A stretch of 64,000 nt of DNA, taken from NCBI GenBank assembly GCA_963815835.1, contig CAWFIF010000006.1:875877-939876 (forward strand), read 5' to 3'. This stretch comes from an uncultured delta proteobacterium. Its GTDB lineage: Bacteria; Desulfobacterota; Binatia; Binatales; Binataceae. The position numbers were made by a program, and so were the translations under genes. The notes under the pieces are model-generated. The model was not told where the DNA came from. It did no database searches and saw only the letters and a list, made by a program, of their open reading frames with translations. Shown here piece after piece: positions 48,297-57,565 of the stretch (the stretch's first letter is position 1; the number at the start of each line of letters is the position of its first letter).

Positions 48297-49097
48297 ATGA
48301 GCAAAATCGTCATCGATATACAGGGGCTCCGCGTCGCGCGCGAGGCGGTGATCCTCGAACGTATCGATTGGCGCGTCGAGGCGGGCCAGCATTGGGTGAT
48401 CCTCGGCGCCAACGGCTCGGGCAAAACCTCGCTGCTGAGCACGATGACGGGATATCTCCCGCTCACCGCCGGCAGCATCAGCGTGCTGGGCGAGACCTAC
48501 GGCAAAACTGACTGGCGCGATTTGCGCACCCGCATCGGCATCGTCAGCAGCGCGATTCAGCAACTGATGCCCGGCCATGAGACCGCCCTCGATGCGATCA
48601 TCAGCGGCAAGCGCGCGATGATCGGGCTATGGGGCGACACGGCGGATGACGACCGCTCGCGCGCCCTCGAAATCATCCGGCAAATCGAAGCCGAGCCGAT
48701 TGCGGATCGTCCATGGAGGTTTCTCTCGCAAGGCGAGCGTCAGCGCGTGCTGATCGGACGCGCGCTGATGGCAAAACCGGAGCTGCTCATCCTCGACGAG
48801 CCATGCGCTGGGCTGGATCCGGTCGCGCGCGAGCAGTTCCTGCAATTCCTCGAACGCCTCTCGCATGATGCGGGCGCGCCGAGCCTCGTGCTGGTGACGC
48901 ATCATGTCGAGGAGATCATGCCCGGGTTCTCGCACGTGCTGATTTTGAAGGGCGGGCGCGTGCTCGCCTCGGGACCGAAGGATCGCGTAATGAGCGCCGA
49001 CAAGCTCTCCGAAGCCTTCGGGGCGCCGCTGCGGCTTTCGCGATCGAGTGGACGCTACTCGCTGACAGTGACCGGCAACGCCTCGAAAGTGGTGTGA
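48297..49097 (+). CDS. ABC ATP-binding protein (ModF/YlmA-like)
   Basis: HWVILGANGSGKT, LSQGE, LILDEPCAGLD, VTHHVEEI. Confidence 0.9.
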   Translation: MSKIVIDIQGLRVAREAVILERIDWRVEAGQHWVILGANGSGKTSLLSTMTGYLPLTAGSISVLGETYGKTDWRDLRTRIGIVSSAIQQLMPGHETALDAIISGKRAMIGLWGDTADDDRSRALEIIRQIEAEPIADRPWRFLSQGERQRVLIGRALMAKPELLILDEPCAGLDPVAREQFLQFLERLSHDAGAPSLVLVTHHVEEIMPGFSHVLILKGGRVLASGPKDRVMSADKLSEAFGAPLRLSRSSGRYSLTVTGNASKVV

Positions 49098-49215
49098 AAC
49101 GCGAAGCTCGCCGCATAGGGAAGCGGGTGCAATGGCTCGCACGGCAGCAGCGTAAGATGATCGATCAGGTGCTATCGCTAGCCGGTCCTGCGGGTTTCTG
49201 GGAAACTGATTGCGC

Positions 49216-49426
49216 ATGGAACAGAGCTCCGTTGAAGTTCTTGCTGAGCGATGTGGCGGGATTTGGCCGGCAATAAAAGCTGCTCGGGCAAATGCTCTGG
49301 AGCGCGTCGATCAGGTCGGAAAAGAACTTGCCAAACTAGAGGTTCCCGAAGCATCCGTTGTCGTAATGGGATCATTCGCTCGTGGTGAGGCAACGAGTGG
49401 CAGTGACTTCGACTGGATGCTCCTAG
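49216..49426 (+). pseudogene. nucleotidyltransferase (pol-beta superfamily) N-terminal fragment, truncated by IS
   Basis: VVVMGSFARGEATSGSDFDW (GS..DxD motif), ending at the IS end. Confidence 0.75.
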
Positions 49427-50601
49427 GGAAGGTCTGCACAGGTCGGTGTTGTTGAGCGATTGGCTGAAGTGGTCATAACAATCGGGTTCAGAGAGCGGCG
49501 AGCGAGTGATAGTTGGTCGGGCGATGATCGCCATAGAGACTGCCCGCTGCCCGAGGATTCCTCACAGCACGCAGCTGGCCCCTACTGGGAGCAAATGTCT
49601 GCGAACCTGGTAGAGGTTGGCCAGCGCAAACATGGTCTGCGCTCGCGCCAGGTTCTTGGCCAGACCGCGGTATCTCACTTTGGCGAAGCCCCACAGTTGC
49701 TTGACCACCCGAAAGGCGTGTTCGCCGCGCGCCCGGGTCCGCGAGCGCGCCCGGTTGATCATCCGCCAGCGCTCGCTCAAGGGCCGTTGGGAGGTAGGGC
49801 GCCGGTTGATCCGGTAGCGCACTCCCCACGTTTCGAGGAACTCTCGATCGTCTTCCTTCCAGTACGCTTGATCGCCGAACAGCTCCCGCTCCTGCCCATG
49901 CAGCAGCTCCGGCAGCTGGGTGATGTCGGCTACGTTGGCGGCGGTCGCTCGCACGGTATGGACGATACCGCGCTTATCCGCTCCGATGTGCAGCTTCATG
50001 CCGAAGTGCCAGTTTTTGCCCTTGCGGGTCTGCTTCATCTCGGGGTCGCGGGTCGCACTGGCGTTCTTGGTCGAACTCGGCGCCGCGATGATGGTCGCGT
50101 CCACGATAGTTCCTGCGCGCAGCAACAGCCGCCGTTCTTCCAACAGCCCGGTGATCGAATCGAAGATCGCTTGGGTCAGCCCATGCTGCTCCAGCAGGTG
50201 GCGAAAGCGCAAAATCGTGCTCTCATCCGGCACCACCTCGTCGCCCAGCTCGACCCGTGCAAAGCGCCGCATCGACTCGCTGTCGTAGATCGAGTCTTCG
50301 GCCTGCGGGTCCGACAGGTTGAACCACTGCTGCAGGAAGTAAATCCGCAGCATCTTCTCCAAGCCCAGTGGCTGGCGACCTTGTCCGGCTTTGGGGTAGT
50401 GCGGTTCGATCAGCCTGACCAGCCTCGGCCATGGAATCACCGCATCCATCTCGGCCAGAAACCGCTCGCGCCGAGTGACTTTGCCCTTTCCGTTCCACGC
50501 CATCGATGCGAACGTCCGCTGATTCCCCATCCCCACACCTCCGCATCCGCCGATCCAACTAACGGTTTATACCAGAACCGGAACACTTGTGCAGAGATTC
50601 C
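49427..50601 (-). mobile_element. IS5-family insertion sequence, copy 2 (1175 bp, inverted)
   Basis: Reverse complement of copy 1 with the same IRs and identical ORF translations; flanks CTAG (left) and CTAA (right). Confidence 0.95.
49562..50536 (-). CDS. IS5 family DDE transposase
   Basis: Translation identical to 11041..12015. Confidence 0.96.
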   Translation of the reverse strand: MGMGNQRTFASMAWNGKGKVTRRERFLAEMDAVIPWPRLVRLIEPHYPKAGQGRQPLGLEKMLRIYFLQQWFNLSDPQAEDSIYDSESMRRFARVELGDEVVPDESTILRFRHLLEQHGLTQAIFDSITGLLEERRLLLRAGTIVDATIIAAPSSTKNASATRDPEMKQTRKGKNWHFGMKLHIGADKRGIVHTVRATAANVADITQLPELLHGQERELFGDQAYWKEDDREFLETWGVRYRINRRPTSQRPLSERWRMINRARSRTRARGEHAFRVVKQLWGFAKVRYRGLAKNLARAQTMFALANLYQVRRHLLPVGASCVL

Positions 50602-51102
50602 CTAAGGGAGGCGCCAGCAACTTGGCCAATTATTGTGCATCCAGAGCTAATGCCAACTCCATCGTTGTGGAGGACTTTGGGTCGAAAGGTTTGTCTGGAA
50701 AATATGGACAACCGGAAGAGTAATGGCCGCACCCTGAGGGAAATGCGGCAGCTATTCGAATGGCTGCCCGACGCGGAATTTTGCTTGGATCTAGGCCACG
50801 CTCGACAGATTGACCCAACCATGGCAACAGCGATGAGGATGGCCCAAGAGTTCTCTGGCCGGTTAAGACAATTGCACGTTAGCGAAATCGGACGGTCCGG
50901 GGAGCACCTACCACTAAGCGCCCTCGCAATCTACGCGTTTCAGCTCGTAGCTCGTTTCATTCCCAATAATTGTGCGGTGATCATCGAATCGGTGATCGAG
51001 CCAGGTGATATGGAGCGCGAAATTCGGAAGAGCGCTAGCTTATTCGATCCCGCGACAGTTCCGGAGCGTTCACTCGAAAAAGCGTTGGCGCTGACGGCAT
51101 AG
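50602..51102 (+). pseudogene. C-terminal part of an AP-endonuclease-2 / xylose-isomerase-like TIM-barrel protein
   Basis: IIVHP, CLENMD, FCLDLGHA, QLHVSE, H..L, IIES metal-ligand motifs; N-terminus missing. Confidence 0.7.
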
Positions 51103-51399
51103 GCCCTAGAATCGTGCGCGATCGATAAGTCCCTCGAAATACATAAACGAACCCAAACTATGCAGGAAAGCGTTGGGTTTTTAGATTTGGAGGTTGGCTT
51201 TCATTCACGAGAATGCTGCGTGAGTTCCGCGAATCGAAAAGTGCAGAAACAAACCCATTCGCAGGACAGGAGAATAGATGGCGTAACTGCCTGATATTAT
51301 TGAGCTTTCTCGACGCTTCAGGATGGACGACAAGGGCAAAACGAGCGCCTCGCCAGGCTGCGAATAACAGAGTGACGAATAAGATAACTCGATGTTATC

Positions 51400-52227
51400 T
51401 CAAAGCGTCAAACACGCTTCGGCGGCGAGGTGAAACAGACGCTCGCGGATCTCATGCTGCATCCAGTTGCGATGATCCCATTCGCCGCTGAGGTCATCGC
51501 CCGCGTATAGAATCTGGCCGAACTCGACGCCGCGAAACTTCGCCACTGCAAAGAACGCCGCCGCTTCCATCTCGACCGTCAAGCATCCCTCGCGCTTGCG
51601 CCGCTCAACCTTTGCGCGCGTCTCGCGATAGAGGCCGTCCGTCGTCCAGGTCTTGCCGAGCAGATAGTCGTGGCCATTCGATTTGAGCACCGACTTGATC
51701 GCCGCCAGCGCGCGAGGACTCGGCTCAACCTCGCGGCCGGCAGGAAGATAGTGGTACGAAGTGCCCTCATCGCGAACTGCTGAGGTCGGGACGACGAGGT
51801 GGCCGAGCACGACTTTGGGAACCAGGACGCCGGCGCCGCCGCATGCGATGAACTTGCGGCATCCGATTGCGATCAGCGATTCCAATACTGCGGCACCCAT
51901 CGGTGCGCCGACGCGCGGATGCGCCACTACGATGCGGCGGTCGCCGAACTGCAATTCGTAAATCGGATGCTCGCCCTCTTCGCCGCGCGGGCGATGGACG
52001 ACGCGCGCGCTGCGGCATACGTCGTCGATCACGTCCTGGAAGAAGCACAGCACGCAGTGCTCAGGGATCTCGCGCGGCCTATGGATGATGTGCGGCTCGA
52101 TGACCGCCGAGCGCGACGGATCGTATTCGAGAATCGGGAAGCGCGCGCCATCGAGCGTACGGGCGCGAGGCTTCTTCGCAAGCGGAAGGCTCTTCGACGT
52201 CTCGCGAGTCCGCCGCTTCGCGCGCAT
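51400..52227 (-). CDS. nucleoside phosphorylase (PNP/UDP family)
   Basis: VGAP, AVRDEGTSYHY, TWTTDGLYRET, VEMEAAA. Confidence 0.9.
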   Translation of the reverse strand: MRAKRRTRETSKSLPLAKKPRARTLDGARFPILEYDPSRSAVIEPHIIHRPREIPEHCVLCFFQDVIDDVCRSARVVHRPRGEEGEHPIYELQFGDRRIVVAHPRVGAPMGAAVLESLIAIGCRKFIACGGAGVLVPKVVLGHLVVPTSAVRDEGTSYHYLPAGREVEPSPRALAAIKSVLKSNGHDYLLGKTWTTDGLYRETRAKVERRKREGCLTVEMEAAAFFAVAKFRGVEFGQILYAGDDLSGEWDHRNWMQHEIRERLFHLAAEACLTL

Positions 52228-52270
52228 TGGACGATCTAACTCTTAAACGATCGACAAGTCGATCTTATCG

Positions 52271-53437
52271 CTAGCGATCGGCGCCGGGCTGAGGCGGCGG
52301 CGTGGGCGGCGCCGGCGGCTTGGAAGTCGCAGGAGTCTTCTGCCGCATCGCGATCAGCATCTGGCGCAGCTTGGCGGGATTGACCGGCTTCTTGAAAATC
52401 GCGCCCTCGAGTCCTTTCAGCTTGCTGCGCTTGATGATGTGATCCTTGTCGTAATAATAGGCCGTCATCAGCACGACCGGGATTTGCGGCATCTCCTGCT
52501 TGACGTGCATGTAGAACTCGTAGCCGTCCATCTCCGGCATCACGACGTCAGAAATCACCGCATCGACCTTCATATTGCGTAGCACGCCGAGCGCGGCCGA
52601 TGGACGCGTTGCGGTGTGCACGATGCATCGTTCGGCGCGCAACACATCGGCGAGCGAGGTGACGACCTCGACGTCGTCGTCGAGCACCAGCACCACCATC
52701 CCGGTTAGCGGCCAGCTCTGCTCGGATACGGGCGTGGCCTGCGAAGGCTCGCTGATGTGCTTCGGAAGCTGCACGGTCTCGCGCGGCGCAAGGTCGGCCA
52801 TCCGCTTGCCGTTCATGTAGTCGCGGGTTTCGTAGATGCCCTTGCGGCTCATCTCGTCGAGGCGGCGGACGATCGCGTTGACGCGCCCGATGCCGGCACG
52901 GATCGCCTCAAGATGCTCATTCTCGGTAGCAAGCTCGGCATCCTTCATGTGGCCTTCGATGGCGCGAGCGAGCAGCTCGAGGTTGTTGGTGATGGACTCG
53001 AGCGGATTGTTGATCTCATGCGCGAGGCTGACCGCGATCTCGCCGGCGGTGGCGAGCTGTTCGCGCTGGCGCATCCTGCGGATATCGCGCGCGAAGCCGA
53101 TCGAGCCGATCTCCTTGCCCTCGTCATCGTGAATGATGGAGCCGGAGATCATGACCGGAATCAGGTCGCCGTCCTTGTCGCGAAAGACGGTCTCGAAGTT
53201 GGAGACGCGGCCGCCGTCGCCCGATTCGCGCATCGCTTTCATGACCCGGCGCGCTTCTTCGATCGACGGGTAGATGTCGTCGGCCTTGCGTCCGATCATT
53301 TCCTGGCCGCCAAAGTGGAGGCTCTCTCGCGCGCCGTCGTTGTAATAAACAATCGTGCCGTCAGAATCGACGGCGACGATCATATCCGGCGAACTCTCGA
53401 CGAGCCGCTGGATGTATTTTTGATCAAGGGAAAACAT
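52271..53437 (-). CDS. PAS-HisKA-receiver signalling protein lacking the HATPase domain
   Basis: PAS; AHEINNPL; REC motifs VLDDD..SDVVMPEMDG..MTA..KP; no N/G1/F/G2 boxes. Confidence 0.8.
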   Translation of the reverse strand: MFSLDQKYIQRLVESSPDMIVAVDSDGTIVYYNDGARESLHFGGQEMIGRKADDIYPSIEEARRVMKAMRESGDGGRVSNFETVFRDKDGDLIPVMISGSIIHDDEGKEIGSIGFARDIRRMRQREQLATAGEIAVSLAHEINNPLESITNNLELLARAIEGHMKDAELATENEHLEAIRAGIGRVNAIVRRLDEMSRKGIYETRDYMNGKRMADLAPRETVQLPKHISEPSQATPVSEQSWPLTGMVVLVLDDDVEVVTSLADVLRAERCIVHTATRPSAALGVLRNMKVDAVISDVVMPEMDGYEFYMHVKQEMPQIPVVLMTAYYYDKDHIIKRSKLKGLEGAIFKKPVNPAKLRQMLIAMRQKTPATSKPPAPPTPPPQPGADR

Positions 53438-53473
53438 CGTCGTTGGGCTTGCGCCCGCTCCTGCAACGCCGCG

Positions 53474-53908
53474 TCAGCTCCCGGCCCGAGGGCGGAACTT
53501 CGGCAGCATTACCTGGTCATTGAGTTTCTCGAACGTCACCTCGACCGGCATCCCGCATTTGATGTCTGCGGGCTTCACCCCTACGAGGTTGGAGACGAAC
53601 TTGACCCCCTCATCGAGTTTAACCACCACTACCGCATACGGAACCTCGGTCGCGAAACCGGGGTGGTAAATCTGATGCATTATATTAAAGCTATACACCT
53701 CTCCGCGACCGCTAACAGCCACCCATCCCGCGCGAGTCCCCAGGCATTTGGTACATGTCTCATGAGGCGGGAAGCGCAACTCGCCGCATCCCTCGCACTT
53801 CTGCACCATCAACTGCCCGCGCCGCGCCCCCTCGAAAAACTCCACCATGTCCGGGGTTATGCTCGGGATTGGCTTCGCGACAGGACCTGATTTGTTAACT
53901 TCTGGCAT
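53474..53908 (-). CDS. DUF35 Zn-ribbon / OB-fold protein
   Basis: QKCEGCG..FPP..C..C, SGRGEVYSF, PY.V.VV.LDEG. Confidence 0.9.
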   Translation of the reverse strand: MPEVNKSGPVAKPIPSITPDMVEFFEGARRGQLMVQKCEGCGELRFPPHETCTKCLGTRAGWVAVSGRGEVYSFNIMHQIYHPGFATEVPYAVVVVKLDEGVKFVSNLVGVKPADIKCGMPVEVTFEKLNDQVMLPKFRPRAGS

Positions 53909-53990
53909 CTTGCGCTCGTGCAATTGGACATCTGCCACGCTGGCGATGATCATCGCCAGCAATCGGTTATTATACCCTATCAGGCGTTAT

Positions 53991-55169
53991 TTAGGGATGA
54001 GACGCGACGACCAAGGATGAATGCGTCAACAGAATTCCCCCATTGCCCGAGACCAACCCAAGCTCATGTTTGGGCAACTGGCGCTTGCCGCCCTCGCCGC
54101 AGATCTGGATTACCGCTTCGGAGATGGGCGTCATCCCCCACATGTAAAATGAACTGAGCTGTCCTCCCCCTGTGTTGACCGGAATCGATCCGCCGGGCCC
54201 CGTTTTGCCGTCGGCGACAAATGGCCCACCCTCGCCCTTGTGGCAAAACCCATAGTCCTCGAGGGTGACCAGCACCGTGAAGGTATAACAATCATAAAGT
54301 TGAGCAAACTGGATGTCGGATAGCTTCACGTCCGCCATCTTGAAGGCGGTTTCCTTCGCGATCGGTGCGCCCGAGAGCAGGGTATCCATCGGATCGCCGC
54401 CTGGATGCCCCTGTCCCATGCCGAGGAGATACACCGGCGGCTTCTTGAGGCCCTTCGCACGCTCGGCCGAGGTCACGATCACCGCGCATCCGCCATTAGA
54501 GACCAGGCAGCAATCGTAAAGGTGAAATGGTTCCGCGACCCATCGCGAGGAGTGGTAGTCCTCCATCGTCATCGGTACGTCATGGAACTGCGCCTCGGGA
54601 TTGCGGACGGCCCATTTGCGTTGTTCGACCGCGATGGCGCCGAGCTGGTCCTGCGTCGTTCCGTACAAATCCATGTGACGGCGCGCGACGAAGGCATAGT
54701 GGGCATTGACGCCGAACTGACCGTAGGCAGCATTAAGCCCGCGCGCGAATCCATAGGCGGCTGCCGAACCTCCGCCCCCACCACCCTTCGCATCCTTCGG
54801 AACGGGCGGCTTTAGAGGCGCATCGGCGAAAACGCAGGCGACGGTATTCGCCATACCAACCGCGATCGATTGCGCCGCATGCATGATCATCGCGCCCGCA
54901 GTCGCGCCGCCGAGGCCCATCGTGGCGCTCAGTCGGAGGTCGCGCAGACCCATCGCCTGCTGGAGCGAGAACGAAGCCATCGTATTGTCCGCCCAGGTAA
55001 CTCCGGGATTGACCAACAGACCGTCGAGGTCCTGGCGCTTCAGGCCCGCATCGTCGAGGGCGAGCGAAATAGCCTCGATGGCGAACCCCATTGCGTTCGG
55101 ATGGTCGTAGTTCTTGCCCATACGGGTCTGTCCCAATCCCGCGATGGCACACTTTGCGCGCAAGTCCAT
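53991..55169 (-). CDS. SCP2-type thiolase family protein
   Basis: AIAGLGQT, NPEA, DCCLVSNGG, LYDCYT, LEDYGFC.KGEG, VNTGGG. Confidence 0.9.
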   Translation of the reverse strand: MDLRAKCAIAGLGQTRMGKNYDHPNAMGFAIEAISLALDDAGLKRQDLDGLLVNPGVTWADNTMASFSLQQAMGLRDLRLSATMGLGGATAGAMIMHAAQSIAVGMANTVACVFADAPLKPPVPKDAKGGGGGGSAAAYGFARGLNAAYGQFGVNAHYAFVARRHMDLYGTTQDQLGAIAVEQRKWAVRNPEAQFHDVPMTMEDYHSSRWVAEPFHLYDCCLVSNGGCAVIVTSAERAKGLKKPPVYLLGMGQGHPGGDPMDTLLSGAPIAKETAFKMADVKLSDIQFAQLYDCYTFTVLVTLEDYGFCHKGEGGPFVADGKTGPGGSIPVNTGGGQLSSFYMWGMTPISEAVIQICGEGGKRQLPKHELGLVSGNGGILLTHSSLVVASHP

Positions 55170-55298
55170 GGAATTCCCCTCTACGAGAAGCCGGGCGAAG
55201 GTTCCTCCGCCGAGCCGACCCTAGCCTAGGTCAAAGCTGGGTCGAAAATCCATGGCCACGCGAATCGAAGAAAGTGCCTGATCGGAACCGGCGACTGC

Positions 55299-55736
55299 CT
55301 ACACGCCGCCGCCGTTCGCGGCCATCCGAATCGAATTGAGGACGAACAGGAAGTTGCGCGGATTGGAAACCGGCCCGAGGGAGTTAACCTGCCTAAGCAC
55401 CTTAAGTTCGGCCGGCGTGACATTGTGCCGCCGCAGCAGCGCCTGATTGGACGAAAACTGGCGCCATCCGTCGGGTTTGCCCGCGCTGGTCTTACGCGTC
55501 TGTTCTTCGGTCAATTGCTTCGCGTCCGGATGGATAAGGAACAGCAGTTCCCGGCGATTAAGCCCGAGCGTATCTGCCAGACGGCGCAACAGCGCCAGCG
55601 ACGGATTACGCTGTTCGCTCTCGATGTAAGCGATGTGGCTGGCCTTGACGCCAACCATCGCTGCAAGATCGCGCTGTGTCAGTTGCAGTGAGTTGCGGGC
55701 TTCCCTTATCAGTGTCCCGGGTCTCTTCTTGCTCAT
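55299..55736 (-). CDS. XRE-family HTH transcriptional regulator
   Basis: LTQRDLA..VGV.ASHIAYIE..RNPS. Confidence 0.85.
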   Translation of the reverse strand: MSKKRPGTLIREARNSLQLTQRDLAAMVGVKASHIAYIESEQRNPSLALLRRLADTLGLNRRELLFLIHPDAKQLTEEQTRKTSAGKPDGWRQFSSNQALLRRHNVTPAELKVLRQVNSLGPVSNPRNFLFVLNSIRMAANGGGV

Positions 55737-56418
55737 AATTGTTCTCGACGGTCTATGCGGCTCGGACGCTCCCTTATATCCTCACGCGCGCGTATCTAAT
55801 CCGAGTCAAGTAAATTCTTCCTGCGCTCCTGCTTATGTAAGCTAAGAATACCATGTCAAAAAGCTATGAAAGAGTCAACTAGCCACTTAAACTCAGCTAA
55901 TCATTATATAACATGTTGTAACAAAATTGAACAATGAGGATACCAGCCTTGGAGGACACAGCGCCGCCGAAGCTCTCAAGAATTGATGTCCAGACGGAAT
56001 TCGCTATGGTCGGTTGCAGATAAATTCGAACAGCTATTCAGATTTGTGTAGACGGTCTAAGAGTACTTTTCCTCGCGCTTTTGGGGTGATCGCTATGACG
56101 CGCCCAATACAAGGATTCACTGCGACTGTGGCGCTCGGCTCGAAACGCACGTATGAGCGTGGAATACAATACGTCAGTCAGCTGGTTTAGAATGTCCGAG
56201 CGACAAACCGTTTTGAGGAAAATCTCCAATCGTCGCAGCTCTATCTTTCTCGCAGGGGTCTGCGGTGATGTTGCTTGGTCATCATCGGTGGCATTCGCTC
56301 ATCCTGAGTATTGATTGATCCTTCGGCGACACCCGCATAGCTCGCGGTCAGATCTATATGTTGGGCTTGGCGCTACCGATGGCGTTCGGCCCCATCGCAC
56401 AGGCCCAATGCCGCGAAT

Positions 56419-56742
56419 TTGTTATGCTCAGCGGCGCCGGGTCTAGCCAAGTTCGCCGTGGAGTTGATGAATCCGCACTTCCTCGACCGCGACCTCGTCA
56501 GCCAGATGCTCACCGATCAGGTGCAAGGCCGCATCGGCAACGAGCCGGTGGCGTGGGGTCTCGGCATCGGGATCGACCACACCCCTAACGGTACCTGCTT
56601 CCGGCAATGGTGCGATAACATGGATTTCGAGAGCTATCTTCTGGGCTGCCCCGACGCGAGAATCGCGGTCGTGATCTTCACCAACAGCTCGCGCGGCCGT
56701 ATTGTCGCGCGCGAAGTCATCGCCAAAGCCCTCGGAGATTGA
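56419..56742 (+). pseudogene. serine hydrolase / beta-lactamase-family C-terminal remnant
   Basis: QMLT.Q, WGLG, FRQWCDN.DF, AVVIFTNS..G; no N-terminal SxxK part. Confidence 0.55.
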
Positions 56743-57500
56743 TGACCTCGGCCGAGTTTCACGAGGCTATCGGGAAGCGCCATCCCATCGAGGGCGCGGA
56801 TCTTTCGCGCGCCGATTGGACCGATGCACAATGCTCCGATGCACGATTCATCGACTGCGTCGTCGAGGATGCGCAACTCAAGAGCGCGATTTTTGCGGGC
56901 GCGAATTTTCTGCGATGCCGCTTCATCCGATGCCATTTCGCACACGTCGATTTTCGCGGCACAAGGCTGGAAGATTGCGTCTTCACCGACAAGGCCGCAA
57001 CGACGGGCTCGATCTTCGCCTTCAGCGAGTTGCGCGAGGCGCGCCTCATTCGATGCGACCTCTCGTTCTGCCATTTCGATCGCTGCAAGCTGTTCGCGAT
57101 CGAGATGGACAAGTGCAATCTGCTCGGCGCACGCTTCAACCACGTGGACTTCAGTCATTCATATGGGCGCAAGGTGGTCCCGACCAAAGCTTCGATGCGT
57201 CGATGCAACTTCGACATCGCGAATCTCGCCTACACTCGTCTCGCCGAATGCGACCTGTCGGGCAGTTCCTTTCGCGAGGCCGACCTGACCGACGCTGACC
57301 TGACGGGCGCGAATTTTCGCGATTGCGATCTCGAGAAGTGCGAACTCTTGAAGGCCAAGCTCGCCGGCGCGGACCTCCGCCATGCAAAGATCGCGGGGCT
57401 CAACCTTCTATGCCTGGGCAGCGTCAAAGGACTCAGGGTCAGCCGGGACCAACAATGGCTCCTGCTCGCGGGTATGGGCATCGAGGTGCATCCTGATTAG
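56739..57500 (+). CDS. pentapeptide repeat protein, Qnr-like
   Basis: A(D/N)(L/F)xx repeats with two loop insertions; C-terminal QQ..LL..MGI.V.PD. Confidence 0.8.
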   Translation: MMTSAEFHEAIGKRHPIEGADLSRADWTDAQCSDARFIDCVVEDAQLKSAIFAGANFLRCRFIRCHFAHVDFRGTRLEDCVFTDKAATTGSIFAFSELREARLIRCDLSFCHFDRCKLFAIEMDKCNLLGARFNHVDFSHSYGRKVVPTKASMRRCNFDIANLAYTRLAECDLSGSSFREADLTDADLTGANFRDCDLEKCELLKAKLAGADLRHAKIAGLNLLCLGSVKGLRVSRDQQWLLLAGMGIEVHPD

Positions 57501-57565
57501 CCGTGTTGCACGAGGTGGAAACTCAAACGTAGAATTGAGGTCTGGATACTCAGGAGAACTCCGAA

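Noticed and set aside
10976-50601. Composite transposon bounded by the two IS5 copies
   Set aside because: Copy 1 has its own CTAG duplication and its flanks rejoin into one gene, and the interior holds core genes (ddl, thyX, pyrD)
51103-51399. ORF 51213..51491 and a possible att-like island end
   Set aside because: No matching direct repeat or integrase found; ORF has no motifs
55740-56418. AT-rich intergenic region as a possible ncRNA or small ORFs
   Set aside because: No convincing structure or coding signal; likely promoter plus decayed DNA
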